From the NCBI RefSeq assembly GCF_964204645.1, contig NC_134032.1, positions 7,242,275-7,306,274 on the forward strand: a stretch of DNA of 64,000 nt, in the 5' to 3' direction. Positions 51,758 through 61,243 of this stretch are shown piece after piece. Each line of letters opens with the position of its first letter. Within the stretch, counting starts at the first letter, position 1. This DNA comes from Tubulanus polymorphus (Eukaryota > Animalia > Nemertea). Under the pieces are notes generated by a model. It was not told the origin of the DNA, made no database searches, and saw only the letters and a list, made by a program, of their open reading frames with translations. Position numbers and translations under genes: made by a program.

Positions 51758-52870
51758 TTTAGCAACACTAATCTGACAGCTAAGCTCTAAAATAGATATT
51801 GAGAAATGGGTATCAAAATAATCGACAGAATCTTGCGATTCTGAATTTTGTATTTATATTCAAGTATTATAAGTTTTATAAATCAATATGTTTGTGTTTT
51901 TTTTTATTAACTAAAATATTGTCTGAACCTATTGGAGTATTAACATTTTCATGCAAGCTGTTACCTTCCTGGCAGGTATGACCAGTCAAGGGTATCGCAA
52001 ACAAGCGAACTTGTCATTTCTTGAGATCGACAATCTGTCGTTCTGAGTAATTATTTATAATTTATAACAATGTGTAATTAACAAGTTTGTACCAACAATT
52101 AGCAGGTTTGGCATTGGTTACCACCAACAAGGGTGATCCAAACCTTAGTTACCGTGGGCAAAGTCACGGAACAGACCAATCAGGGTTATGGTATTTTTGA
52201 GGTATAAATAGTGGACGAAGGGCAGCTGAGGTCACTTTATGATGAACCTCGCTTTAAGGAATAAATCTGTGTATATTTTAATCGTCTGCTCTTCGTCAAA
52301 TTACAGGTATGTGTAATAAGTTTTATAATATTTTATTAAGTCATATTCTATGGAAATATTGACTAGGCCTAGGATGTACTTTATTTAATAATATTACTTA
52401 TTAAGTATGGCCGAATACATGGTGTTTTAATATAATAGTTGAAATAATATTAATCAATTATACTAGAGCAATAGTATGTGTTTAAATAGGTTAGATGTTC
52501 TTGAGCAGTTATGTTCTATTTCAATTAACTTGGCCGCCATTTTTGGCAAGTAATCAATGAGAATTACGGCCAGAATATGCTCGATATCAGAGAACATTAG
52601 TTTCGTATTTAAGTATTATGAAATAAGTCGACAGTATACTAATCATTAAGATAAACACGTTTTATATTTAATCTGTATCATTTATACTCATATATCATCA
52701 CATATCTATTAATGGCACTTTATGATGAACCTCGCTTTAAGGAATAAATCTGTGTATATTTTAATCGTCTGCTCTTCGTCAAATTACAGGGTCTTGCGTT
52801 TGTAGTTGTCTTAGCTAGAACTACCGAAAGTTACTGAGGAATACATCTATCCAAACTTTCTATTATTAAA
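51758..52870 (+). repeat. 5' LTR (TTTA...TAAA termini; TATAAATA at 52203; duplicated 75-bp block 52233-52307 / 52716-52790)
   Basis: Matches 61244-62356 except for at least two substitutions; followed by the PBS. Confidence 0.92.
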
Positions 52871-52871
52871 A

Positions 52872-52892
52872 TGGTGGAGAACCCAGCTTCGA
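52872..52892 (+). promoter_or_regulatory. Primer binding site, probably tRNA-Ala
   Basis: TGGTGGAGAA is complementary to the ...UUCUCCACCA 3' end of tRNA-Ala; repeated at 62358. Confidence 0.75.
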
Positions 52893-52898
52893 ATACCG

Positions 52899-54164
52899 AT
52901 GCCACAACCATCTAACTACCGTACGATCGTAACAAGACAACAAACGAACCAAGTTCGGCAAAACGTTGAAAACCCAGTATTGATTCCGCTATACGAGCCG
53001 CCGAGAGATATTCGACAAATTGTAGTTCGCGAGGAGGACGAGGAGGTACATCTGGCAGAAATCGACCAGGTGGATAACGGTATAGACATTAACGAAAACC
53101 TAGAGGGTAACATGCCTTATAAACTCGACCTTCCGGGTTACGACCACAGTCGGCCTATCAAAAGTTGGCTGAATGACTTTGACCGTTGGGTCCAAGCGAC
53201 AAATATACCGCTCGAGCAGCAAACCACAGCCCTAATACTGCGTTTATCTGGTTCCTCCAGATCCGCCATAGATACATTGACTCTCGAACAACAGAACGAT
53301 TTGGAGGAAGTAAAAAAATGCTTGGAAAATAAATTTAAACCTATAAGAGACCCAATGAGAGGTCTAGATAAACAACAAGCAGGCGAGTCCGTACAGGCGT
53401 ACATGGACCGAGTAGAAAGGGCAGCTAGCCAGTCAGAATTTACGTTGACATGTGCTATCGAACAGGCCATAGATTGCCTAAACGACTCTATTAAACCTTT
53501 GGTCGCAACTCATTGCCCTGATACATTTGATAAATTAAGGAAAATTGCAATGAACGCAGAATCAGCAGCAGGGGGTAAAATTACTGCGACTTGTAGTCTC
53601 ACCACAGCGGTCGACAAACTAACTAGTCATTTGGAAAATGTACAATTGCGACCGGACAATAAGGTGTGTGCATGTCAAGTAAACGCGATAACCGATAGTA
53701 AAAGTGACAATGGATTTAATTATGCGAATAGACAGAATTATCAAACGCATCAACAACAACAACAGTCCTGGTCTCCTCAATTCGTGCCACAGCCACAACA
53801 GTTTTGGCCGCAGCAGCAGTTTTGGGCGCCACAACATCAGCCGCAGTTCCAGCAACCGCATTTCCAGCAGCCGCAGTTCCAGCAGCAGCAGCAATTCCAG
53901 CAGCCGCAGTTCCAGCAGCAGCAGCAGCAGCAGCAGCAGTTCCAACAGCCGCAGTTCCAGCAGCAGCAGCAGCAGTTCCAACAGCAGCAGTTCCGGCAAC
54001 AGCACTACAGGGGACACCAGCGGCATAGAGGGAACAGCAATAGGAGAAATCAATGGTCGCAGCCAAATGGACAAAACAATTCAGGTAAACGGGTTCCATT
54101 ATGTTATACATGCAATACCCCAGGTCATATATCTCGAAATTGTCCGAACTCAGGTCAGAAATAG
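52899..54164 (+). CDS. gag: Gag (capsid, Q/F-rich low-complexity tract, CCHC zinc knuckle)
   Basis: WLNDFDRW..LRLSG.., QQAGESVQAY (MHR-like), CYTCNTPGHISRNC. Confidence 0.93.
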   Translation: MPQPSNYRTIVTRQQTNQVRQNVENPVLIPLYEPPRDIRQIVVREEDEEVHLAEIDQVDNGIDINENLEGNMPYKLDLPGYDHSRPIKSWLNDFDRWVQATNIPLEQQTTALILRLSGSSRSAIDTLTLEQQNDLEEVKKCLENKFKPIRDPMRGLDKQQAGESVQAYMDRVERAASQSEFTLTCAIEQAIDCLNDSIKPLVATHCPDTFDKLRKIAMNAESAAGGKITATCSLTTAVDKLTSHLENVQLRPDNKVCACQVNAITDSKSDNGFNYANRQNYQTHQQQQQSWSPQFVPQPQQFWPQQQFWAPQHQPQFQQPHFQQPQFQQQQQFQQPQFQQQQQQQQQFQQPQFQQQQQQFQQQQFRQQHYRGHQRHRGNSNRRNQWSQPNGQNNSGKRVPLCYTCNTPGHISRNCPNSGQK

Positions 54165-57100
54165 GGGTGCGAGCCTGTCCAAGAGAATCCAACTATGGAC
54201 GGGCACCCGAAGGTTGAAGTTGCGTTCCTGGCGACATTAGAGAAAAATGTTGCCACAGTATTTGTGTCGGGGCACAGAATTAACGCATTGCTTGACACAG
54301 GTGCTGGTATTTCTTGTATATCATTGTCATGTCTGAACAAAACTAAATTTGCTAATGAAACGTTGTCAGCGCCTGAGATAAAAGAAGTAGTTGGCGTGAG
54401 TGGAAGTAAGTTGTCGGTCCTAGGTACGGTAAACCTGCCCTTAATCTTCCCGGGTATAAAGACGCCAGTCGAGCAAAAATTTCATGTATTTCAACATCTT
54501 CATCAACCCCTTTTACTAGGTTTAGATTTCATAACGGAGAAGCAGGTAATAATTGATATACCCAATAAAGTATTTAGTATGACGAGTGTTGAGGATAAAG
54601 TTTTGAGCATGGAGATCCATACTAAGTTTGCACGCACGATTAAACCAATCAAATTGAAAGCTAAATCAGAACTTCAAATTCCTGTGAAAGTTTCTAAAAC
54701 TCTTGATAAACAAACGGTACTTTTGTCACCAATACAAGAATTGATGGCTATGAATTATACAGGTGCCCGTTGCTTAGTAACAGTTAATAATGGTAGAGCA
54801 GTAATGAGATTATTGAACCCAACTAAATCAGTTATAAAAATTCCAAAAGGGCAATCTATAGCATATATATCGGATGTTAAAGAGTCATCAATTATGTCAC
54901 TTGACGCAGAAGAAACTGTTTCTGTAAATAATATTAATGATGAAACACCGGATTATGATACTAGCGAAGCTATGAAGTTCCCTCCTACGGGACACACTCC
55001 AAAAGTTGAAGATTTACAATTTGACTTATCTAATTCGGATCTAAATAATGAACAAAAAGAATTGTTACTAGCTTTCCTTCATAGGAATCGTGATAGATTT
55101 TCTTCCAACTTGAATGAATTAGGGCATACTTCCATATACGAACATACTATTGATACTGGGGATAGTCCCCCGGTTTGCCAGAGGCCATATCGCTGTAATG
55201 GGATAATTAGAGAAGAGCAAGATCGTCAGATAGACGAAATGCTCAAAGCCGATGTTATAACTACATCAAACTCACCGTTTAATTCACCTGTTGTGATGGT
55301 AAAGAAAAAGTCAGGCGAATATCGCTTCGCGGTGGACTATCGTAAATTAAATGCTATTACTAAATCGGTTTCTTACCCACTACCACGAATTGCCGACGTT
55401 GTTGACTCCGTAGCAGAGTCTAAAGCAAAATTATTTACAACTCTCGATATGACCTCCGGTTTCTGGCAAATTAAGTTAGATCCGGCTACTATGCATAAGT
55501 CTACCTTTGTTACTCAAAATGGCGCCTACATGTTTAAAAGACTACCATTTGGTCTTAAGAATTCACCCATGGCATTCCAAATGACCATGAATGAAGTCCT
55601 CCGTGGCTATCATTGGAAATTTTGCTTAGTGTATGTAGACGACATTTTGGTATACAGTAGAGACTTTACAGAACATTTACAGCATTTGCAACTGGTTTTT
55701 AACCGTTTACGACAAGCTAATATGACATTGAAGCCGTCCAAATGTCACTTTGCTCAAAGCAGTGCCCCATATTTGGGATATATTTTCACCAAAGATGGTG
55801 TAAAAGCAGATCCGTCGAAATGTCAGGCAGTACAAACGTTCCCAGTTCCTAGAAACGTGAAAGAACTGCGCTCATTCTTGGGCTTGTGTAACTTCTATCG
55901 CCGTTTCGTCTGGAATTATTCGCATATCGCTACTAAATTGACTCCATTGTTACAGAAAGAATCCAAATTTATTTGGACTGATGAGCATCAGGAAGCATTT
56001 CTACAATTGAAAGAGTGCCTATTATCGCCACCCATTTTAGCCTATCCTGATAATGATAAAGAATACTTACTCTGCACTGATGCGTCTGATACAGCGGTAG
56101 GTTATATACTGGCTCAGCGCGACGATAATGGTCGCGAGCGCGTTATTTGTTATGGCGGTCGTGCTCTTTCTGCCCAACAACGTCGTTGGGATACTAGGGA
56201 AAAAGAAGGTCTAGCTATTGTGCTAGGAGTAGACGCATATAGGGAATATTTGGCCCCTAAAAAGTTTACTATTTATACTGATCACCAGTCCTTGACTTTC
56301 TTAGATAATGCTAAGGATATGACCACGAAAGTTGCTAGGTGGGCAACAAAGTTACAAAATTATGAATTTGACATAATACATCGCCAAGGCAAGAAAAATG
56401 ATAATGCGGATAGCCTATCTAGACGCGAATACCCTACTGTCATTGATACTAGTGAACATGACGACTTCCCGGCGCCTATTGATGTAGTGTCGCCAGGAGT
56501 ACATGAACTATTCGCAGATCTGTTTCAAAAGGATACAGGTGAATCACCGCCGGCCGGTAACCATACATCGTATGGATGGCGGCAAGCTGAGTTTCAGTAC
56601 GATACTAAGGGTTGCGAGACTGAAAGTACACGAGACGATATGGAAGCTGAGGTTCCTGTTTGTGTAGTGGATGATTTAGATATCGCTACCACTCAGCGTT
56701 CTTGTTCAGATTGCTCGCCTATCATTCAATATTTGGAGCATGACATCTTACCCCAGGATCGGAAGTTGGCCATCAAAGTGCAATGGTCGTCTCAATGCTT
56801 TCACATGTACAAAGGAGCGCTTTACCGTAGTTATCAGCGTAACCAGTCTCCTAGAGGTCTACCTTCGGTTACTCAGCTAGTAGTACCGATAAGCTTGAGA
56901 CCAGACGTGCTGTTCGCGTATCATGATTGCAGGGCTGGAGGAGGCCATGTCGGTATCCAGAAAGTATACGATGCTATGAGGCAAAAGTATTACTGGAAAA
57001 ATATGTACCGAGATATTACTCAATATGTTTCTTCATGTATGTTATGTCAGAAAGCTAAAGCTCCTACTCACCAAAAATCACCACCTCTCACTAACATGCC

Positions 57101-58307
57101 TATAACCGACACATTTGCAAGATGGCATATGGATTTCCTCGGTCCACTTCCGGAGGGACCAACTGGTGAGAAGCATATCTTATTAGTCGTAGATAGTTTC
57201 TCTAGGTGGCCCGAAGCCTTTGCGCTTAAAACTCAGGAAGCTTCAGAAGTAGCCAAAGTTTTGTACGATCAGATATTCGCTCGATACGGTGCACCAGGTG
57301 CATTAGTTTCAGATCGAGGTGCAAACTTTCTATCCAAACTGGTAACAGCAGTTTGTGAGCTGTTCCAAGTCACACGTACTCGTACATCAGCTTACCATCC
57401 TCAAACAAATTCTACCTGTGAACGGACCAATAGAACCATCGCTCAGATGTTCCGCACTTACGTCAAAGAAGATCAAACAGATTGGCCCGACGTGTTGTCG
57501 AGTGTTCTTATGGGTCTTAGGTCGTCAGCTAGCCAATCGACGGGATTTTCCCCCTTTCAGGTGTTATTTGGCAAAGAAATGAACCTACCTATTGATACCT
57601 CATTAATACCCAAGGATAACCTCCCTACCACGGTCACGGACCATATAAATCAATTGAAAGATCGCTTGTCTATTGTTAAGGATATAGCTAAATCCCAAAA
57701 TGAGACCGCACAATTACGAAACAAAAACTTACATGATAAGAAATCAGCCACACCTACGTTTAAATTACATGATAAAGTATTGCTTAAGAATAATAAAGTG
57801 GGGAGAGGTAAATCCAAGAAATTTACTACGAAATATAAAGGGCCATACTATATTTCTCAGTATGGTAAGAATTTCACGTATCAATTGCGCTCTTGCGAAG
57901 ATGATGCACCTTATAAGTCGCCACTTAATGCATCACTGCTGAAACCATATGTTGATAGTGGAAAATTTCCACATTTGCGAAAAACCGCAGCGGATGGGGA
58001 TAAGCCACAAACCGATAATACCAATAGTATCCCTGCACCTAGCAGCAACAAAGTTCAGGCCAGGCCCAACACTAATGTCACTGCGAAAGATGGCAAAATG
58101 TACAAAATTGACAAAATATTAGGCACGAAATTCAAAAATAATGTAAGAGTATTCAAAGTTCAATGGTCAGACAAAAACTCAACAAACTCATGGGTCAATG
58201 AGGACGATGTCACTCAACTCGCAATCGACAAATATTTTGAAACCCACACCAGAAAAGGCACAGGCCGAAAAAGAAAAAGACAATCAGTTTTCAAATCGCG
58301 GCGCTAG
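54165..58307 (+). CDS. pol: Pol: protease, RT, RNase H, integrase, chromodomain-like tail; in frame with gag behind a single TAG
   Basis: LLDTGA; RFAVDYRKLN, LDMTSGFWQ, LPFGL, YVDD; TDAS, YTDH; H..H..C..C, MDF, SDRG, ERTN; YKIDKILG..FKVQW..SWVNEDD. Confidence 0.97.
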   Translation, partial: GCEPVQENPTMDGHPKVEVAFLATLEKNVATVFVSGHRINALLDTGAGISCISLSCLNKTKFANETLSAPEIKEVVGVSGSKLSVLGTVNLPLIFPGIKTPVEQKFHVFQHLHQPLLLGLDFITEKQVIIDIPNKVFSMTSVEDKVLSMEIHTKFARTIKPIKLKAKSELQIPVKVSKTLDKQTVLLSPIQELMAMNYTGARCLVTVNNGRAVMRLLNPTKSVIKIPKGQSIAYISDVKESSIMSLDAEETVSVNNINDETPDYDTSEAMKFPPTGHTPKVEDLQFDLSNSDLNNEQKELLLAFLHRNRDRFSSNLNELGHTSIYEHTIDTGDSPPVCQRPYRCNGIIREEQDRQIDEMLKADVITTSNSPFNSPVVMVKKKSGEYRFAVDYRKLNAITKSVSYPLPRIADVVDSVAESKAKLFTTLDMTSGFWQIKLDPATMHKSTFVTQNGAYMFKRLPFGLKNSPMAFQMTMNEVLRGYHWKFCLVYVDDILVYSRDFTEHLQHLQLVFNRLRQANMTLKPSKCHFAQSSAPYLGYIFTKDGVKADPSKCQAVQTFPVPRNVKELRSFLGLCNFYRRFVWNYSHIATKLTPLLQKESKFIWTDEHQEAFLQLKECLLSPPILAYPDNDKEYLLCTDASDTAVGYILAQRDDNGRERVICYGGRALSAQQRRWDTREKEGLAIVLGVDAYREYLAPKKFTIYTDHQSLTFLDNAKDMTTKVARWATKLQNYEFDIIHRQGKKNDNADSLSRREYPTVIDTSEHDDFPAPIDVVSPGVHELFADLFQKDTGESPPAGNHTSYGWRQAEFQYDTKGCETESTRDDMEAEVPVCVVDDLDIATTQRSCSDCSPIIQYLEHDILPQDRKLAIKVQWSSQCFHMYKGALYRSYQRNQSPRGLPSVTQLVVPISLRPDVLFAYHDCRAGGGHVGIQKVYDAMRQKYYWKNMYRDITQYVSSCMLCQKAKAPTHQKSPPLTNMPITDTFARWHMDFLGPLPEGPTGEKHILLVVDSFSRWPEAFALKTQEASEVAKVLYDQIFARYGAPGALVSDRGANFLSKLVTAVCELFQVTRTRTSAYHPQTNSTCERTNRTIAQMFRTYVKEDQTDWPDVLSSVLMGLRSSASQSTGFSPFQVLFGKEMNLPIDTSLIPKDNLPTTVTDHINQLKDRLSIVKDIAKSQNETAQLRNKNLHDKKSATPTFKLHDKVLLKNNKVGRGKSKKFTTKYKGPYYISQYGKNFTYQLRSCEDDAPYKSPLNASLLKPYVDSGKFPHLRKTAADGDKPQTDNTNSIPAPSSNKVQARPNTNVTAKDGKMYKIDKILGTKFKNNVRVFKVQWSDKNSTNSWVNEDDVTQLAIDKYFETHTRKGTGRKRKRQSVFKSRR

Positions 58308-58412
58308 GTGTCATTCGAGCATCTTTGTTGCAACATTGCAATCGCCTCATTTCAACTCCGCTTGGGAGCAATTTAGATCAGAACTTAATTTTATGTTGAA
58401 AGTTTCTGTGCT

Positions 58413-60935
58413 ATGGGTCACCGGCCGGGACCTCTTTTACTTATCAATACTAAATTTTGGCCTCTCTTCTTCTTTTCTCCTGTAGGCGAATCTTCTCAAG
58501 TTGGGCACTGCCTCATAATAGTTGCTTTGTTAACGGTGTTTTCATTAATACCCGCAGCCGCCGCTTTGAATCAGCCCATCAATTATGGTGTAACTTTCGG
58601 AAAAGTGGGCACAGTAAGTCAGTCCAACGAATATTGGCTACATACATTCTGTATTGTATTGCCTCGAGAAATGAACGTGGCCCAATTCGGCGATTGCCAC
58701 GACCAGAGTCCTATATGCGTATTGCGACGCAAAACAGCTATTCACCTAAACGAGTTACAAACGCGACTAAATACTCATGTCCGCTACGTTAACCAGTATG
58801 TTCACGATTTAATTCCGGAACACGTCAGCTTAAATAAATCTAGAAGTCGCCGCGGAGCCCCTTTAGGCTTCATTGGCAGTCTTTCAAAAACTCTATTTGG
58901 TACCGCGACAATGGATGACGTGGAACTTTTAGCCTCGCATATCAATGCTTTGCAGCAACGTTCGTCAGAATTAGCTACTGCTTTAACGCAGCATGGCGAT
59001 CATTTGTCCTCATATACGAGGAACATGCTTAAAAGAACTGATAAGGCGTTCAAGGGTATAAAGGCGAACCATAGAGCGATATCGGATTTATATACGCAAT
59101 TTCAAGCAACCACCAATGATATTATAGCAGCTTCAGCTAGCATTGACAAAATTTACGCGACTTACGCGGAAACTAGCTTAGAAGCAGAACTGCACTTATC
59201 TGAGTTTAAAGCGTCGGTAGCTCAATTATTACGTGGGAAATTATCACCAAGTCTCATTCCTATCCAGGTCCTACAAGACGCCATGAACCAGATAAGCGCA
59301 GTTCTTATTACGAAACATCATAATTTCAAATTAGTCAAAGTAGCACCCACATTTTATTATGACCATGGAAGGCTTTTGATGTCTAGGAAAGGACCAGAAA
59401 TATTTGTTTCGGTTAAGTTTTTAATTACGCCCTTAGCGGCTCCACTTCATATGTTTCGGGTGAATTCATTCCCTATGCCTGTCCATGACACTTCGAAGCA
59501 CTCGACCACAATTGGGAATTTACCAACGTATCTAATTGTATCAGCGGATGCTCAGTATTATTCAGCTTTTACAGTATCTGACGTGGCCGAATGTCGGCAT
59601 TATTATAAGCATTGGCTTTGCCCATTTAATCAAGCCTTGTCGACGGCATCTAGTAAATCTTGTATACTTGCTTTATACTTAGGAGATAAAGATAATATTA
59701 TAAAGTTTTGCGATTTTAGAGTCAATCTGGATTCAGTACGTTCGAAAATTGTCGAATTGGAACCATCCACTTTAGTTTTGTATAACGTACCAAGAATTGC
59801 TTTGAAATGTGGCCTTTCGGAAAAGTACGTCGAGGGTTGTTCCTTTTGTATTAAACACATTCCTTGTTTCTGTCAAGTCAGCGCACCCGGTTTAAAATTA
59901 AGTCCGCGTTTAAATTCATGTAGTCAGGGTAAGAATATTACGACAATTCACCCAGTAAATCTAGCCGTTATACAGTCATTTTTTGATATATCTACGCATG
60001 AAGCTATTTCTAGTGGGTTAGTCTTAGAAAGACCAGTTAAAGTGATACCACCTTCGTTTGATATCTATAATCATTCCATGAACAGTCTTATTGCGGATGA
60101 CGAGAAGCATAGTTTAAGTTTGAAGCGCGTAACTTCTGCAATTAAAAATGATAGTCGTATATTTAGAACTCTTTCTGAATCTGTAATGGCAGGAGAAGTA
60201 GCCATTAACGAGTCATGGCCCAGCAACAGGGACTTAGTTTCGTTACTGGCCCTTATTTTAGCGAGTACCTTGTTAGCTTTAATAATTATTCAACAGTACC
60301 GTATCACTAAGTTAGCGGGTCTAGTTGCAATTTTACAAAATATTCACTCTGCTTCAGCAGCTACTATACCACCGGAATTTCGTTACGTGGGTCCTACCTT
60401 GGCAACCAAGACTGGGCCACTCGGATGGGAACCTCTTATTAGCTACATAACGTCATCTCTTGTCGTAACCTTTACGTTATTAGGCATTTGCACCTTAATC
60501 TATTTATTGTATCGACGCTTCCGCTTTACTCCTCATTCTACTTTAGTCATTGAGCTCTCTGATTCTGTTAGTTGCGTGCAAATTCCCTTAATGAATTTTC
60601 AATTGTGCCCAGTGCATTTGTTGGTTTCGATACCTAGTAAAGTTGATGATGTAGATGTTGAAGGTCACTGCTTTCCCAAATTGATAGGAAAATGGGACAA
60701 TTTTAGAGTAACCAATAGGTTAAGTCAACAATCTTGGCTAGTACCGACTTCTGTTAACTTATCGCTGGCACAAGCAAGGGCAGCACGATGTGCATTAAAC
60801 TGTCCCTTGTCATTTACCATACATTTTGCTTTAGTTCACCATGATCGATTTTATATTTTGGAGAGCCCAGCTATAGCGCCAGGTCCACGTGTTACTTCCA
60901 ATCATGGACAACTACTCCCTATTACCAACGAATAA
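58413..60935 (+). CDS. env: Env, baculovirus-F/errantivirus-type class I fusion protein with an extended multi-TM C-terminus; probably expressed by splicing to the acceptor at 58485
   Basis: Signal peptide LIIVALLTVFSLIPAAAA; furin site RSRR (58842-53) followed by fusion peptide GAPLGFIGSLSKTLFGTATMDD; heptad repeats; Cys-rich region; TM segments. Confidence 0.9.
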   Translation: MGHRPGPLLLINTKFWPLFFFSPVGESSQVGHCLIIVALLTVFSLIPAAAALNQPINYGVTFGKVGTVSQSNEYWLHTFCIVLPREMNVAQFGDCHDQSPICVLRRKTAIHLNELQTRLNTHVRYVNQYVHDLIPEHVSLNKSRSRRGAPLGFIGSLSKTLFGTATMDDVELLASHINALQQRSSELATALTQHGDHLSSYTRNMLKRTDKAFKGIKANHRAISDLYTQFQATTNDIIAASASIDKIYATYAETSLEAELHLSEFKASVAQLLRGKLSPSLIPIQVLQDAMNQISAVLITKHHNFKLVKVAPTFYYDHGRLLMSRKGPEIFVSVKFLITPLAAPLHMFRVNSFPMPVHDTSKHSTTIGNLPTYLIVSADAQYYSAFTVSDVAECRHYYKHWLCPFNQALSTASSKSCILALYLGDKDNIIKFCDFRVNLDSVRSKIVELEPSTLVLYNVPRIALKCGLSEKYVEGCSFCIKHIPCFCQVSAPGLKLSPRLNSCSQGKNITTIHPVNLAVIQSFFDISTHEAISSGLVLERPVKVIPPSFDIYNHSMNSLIADDEKHSLSLKRVTSAIKNDSRIFRTLSESVMAGEVAINESWPSNRDLVSLLALILASTLLALIIIQQYRITKLAGLVAILQNIHSASAATIPPEFRYVGPTLATKTGPLGWEPLISYITSSLVVTFTLLGICTLIYLLYRRFRFTPHSTLVIELSDSVSCVQIPLMNFQLCPVHLLVSIPSKVDDVDVEGHCFPKLIGKWDNFRVTNRLSQQSWLVPTSVNLSLAQARAARCALNCPLSFTIHFALVHHDRFYILESPAIAPGPRVTSNHGQLLPITNE
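58447..58485 (+). promoter_or_regulatory. Env splice acceptor
   Basis: TACTAAA branch-like motif, pyrimidine tract cctctcttcttcttttctcc, TGTAG|G just upstream of the signal peptide. Confidence 0.7.
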
Positions 60936-61243
60936 TTCGTTGTTTTCCTTTTTATATGCTACGATTTTGTACATTATGAATATTATGTAACTTTAAGATA
61001 TCGTACATTAAAAAAGTACGTTTTAAATGTATGTAACTTTTGCATGTTTACGAATGTTGTGTAACTATAAGCTATCACGGAACATTATACATGTATGTAA
61101 CTATATTTCTTTATATTTGATTGTATCACCAACTATATTTGTGTAGGTAATTACGTTTTGCTGGTATTATTTTATATCTCTTACCCATAAGGTAGGGTTT
61201 CATTTTGCTTTTGAGGACAAAAGCCAACCATAGTGTGTGAGGA

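Noticed and set aside
53619-54240. Poly-L, poly-S and poly-A ORFs overlapping gag (also 63105-63726)
   Set aside because: Alternative-frame and antisense readings of the CAG-rich polyQ tract
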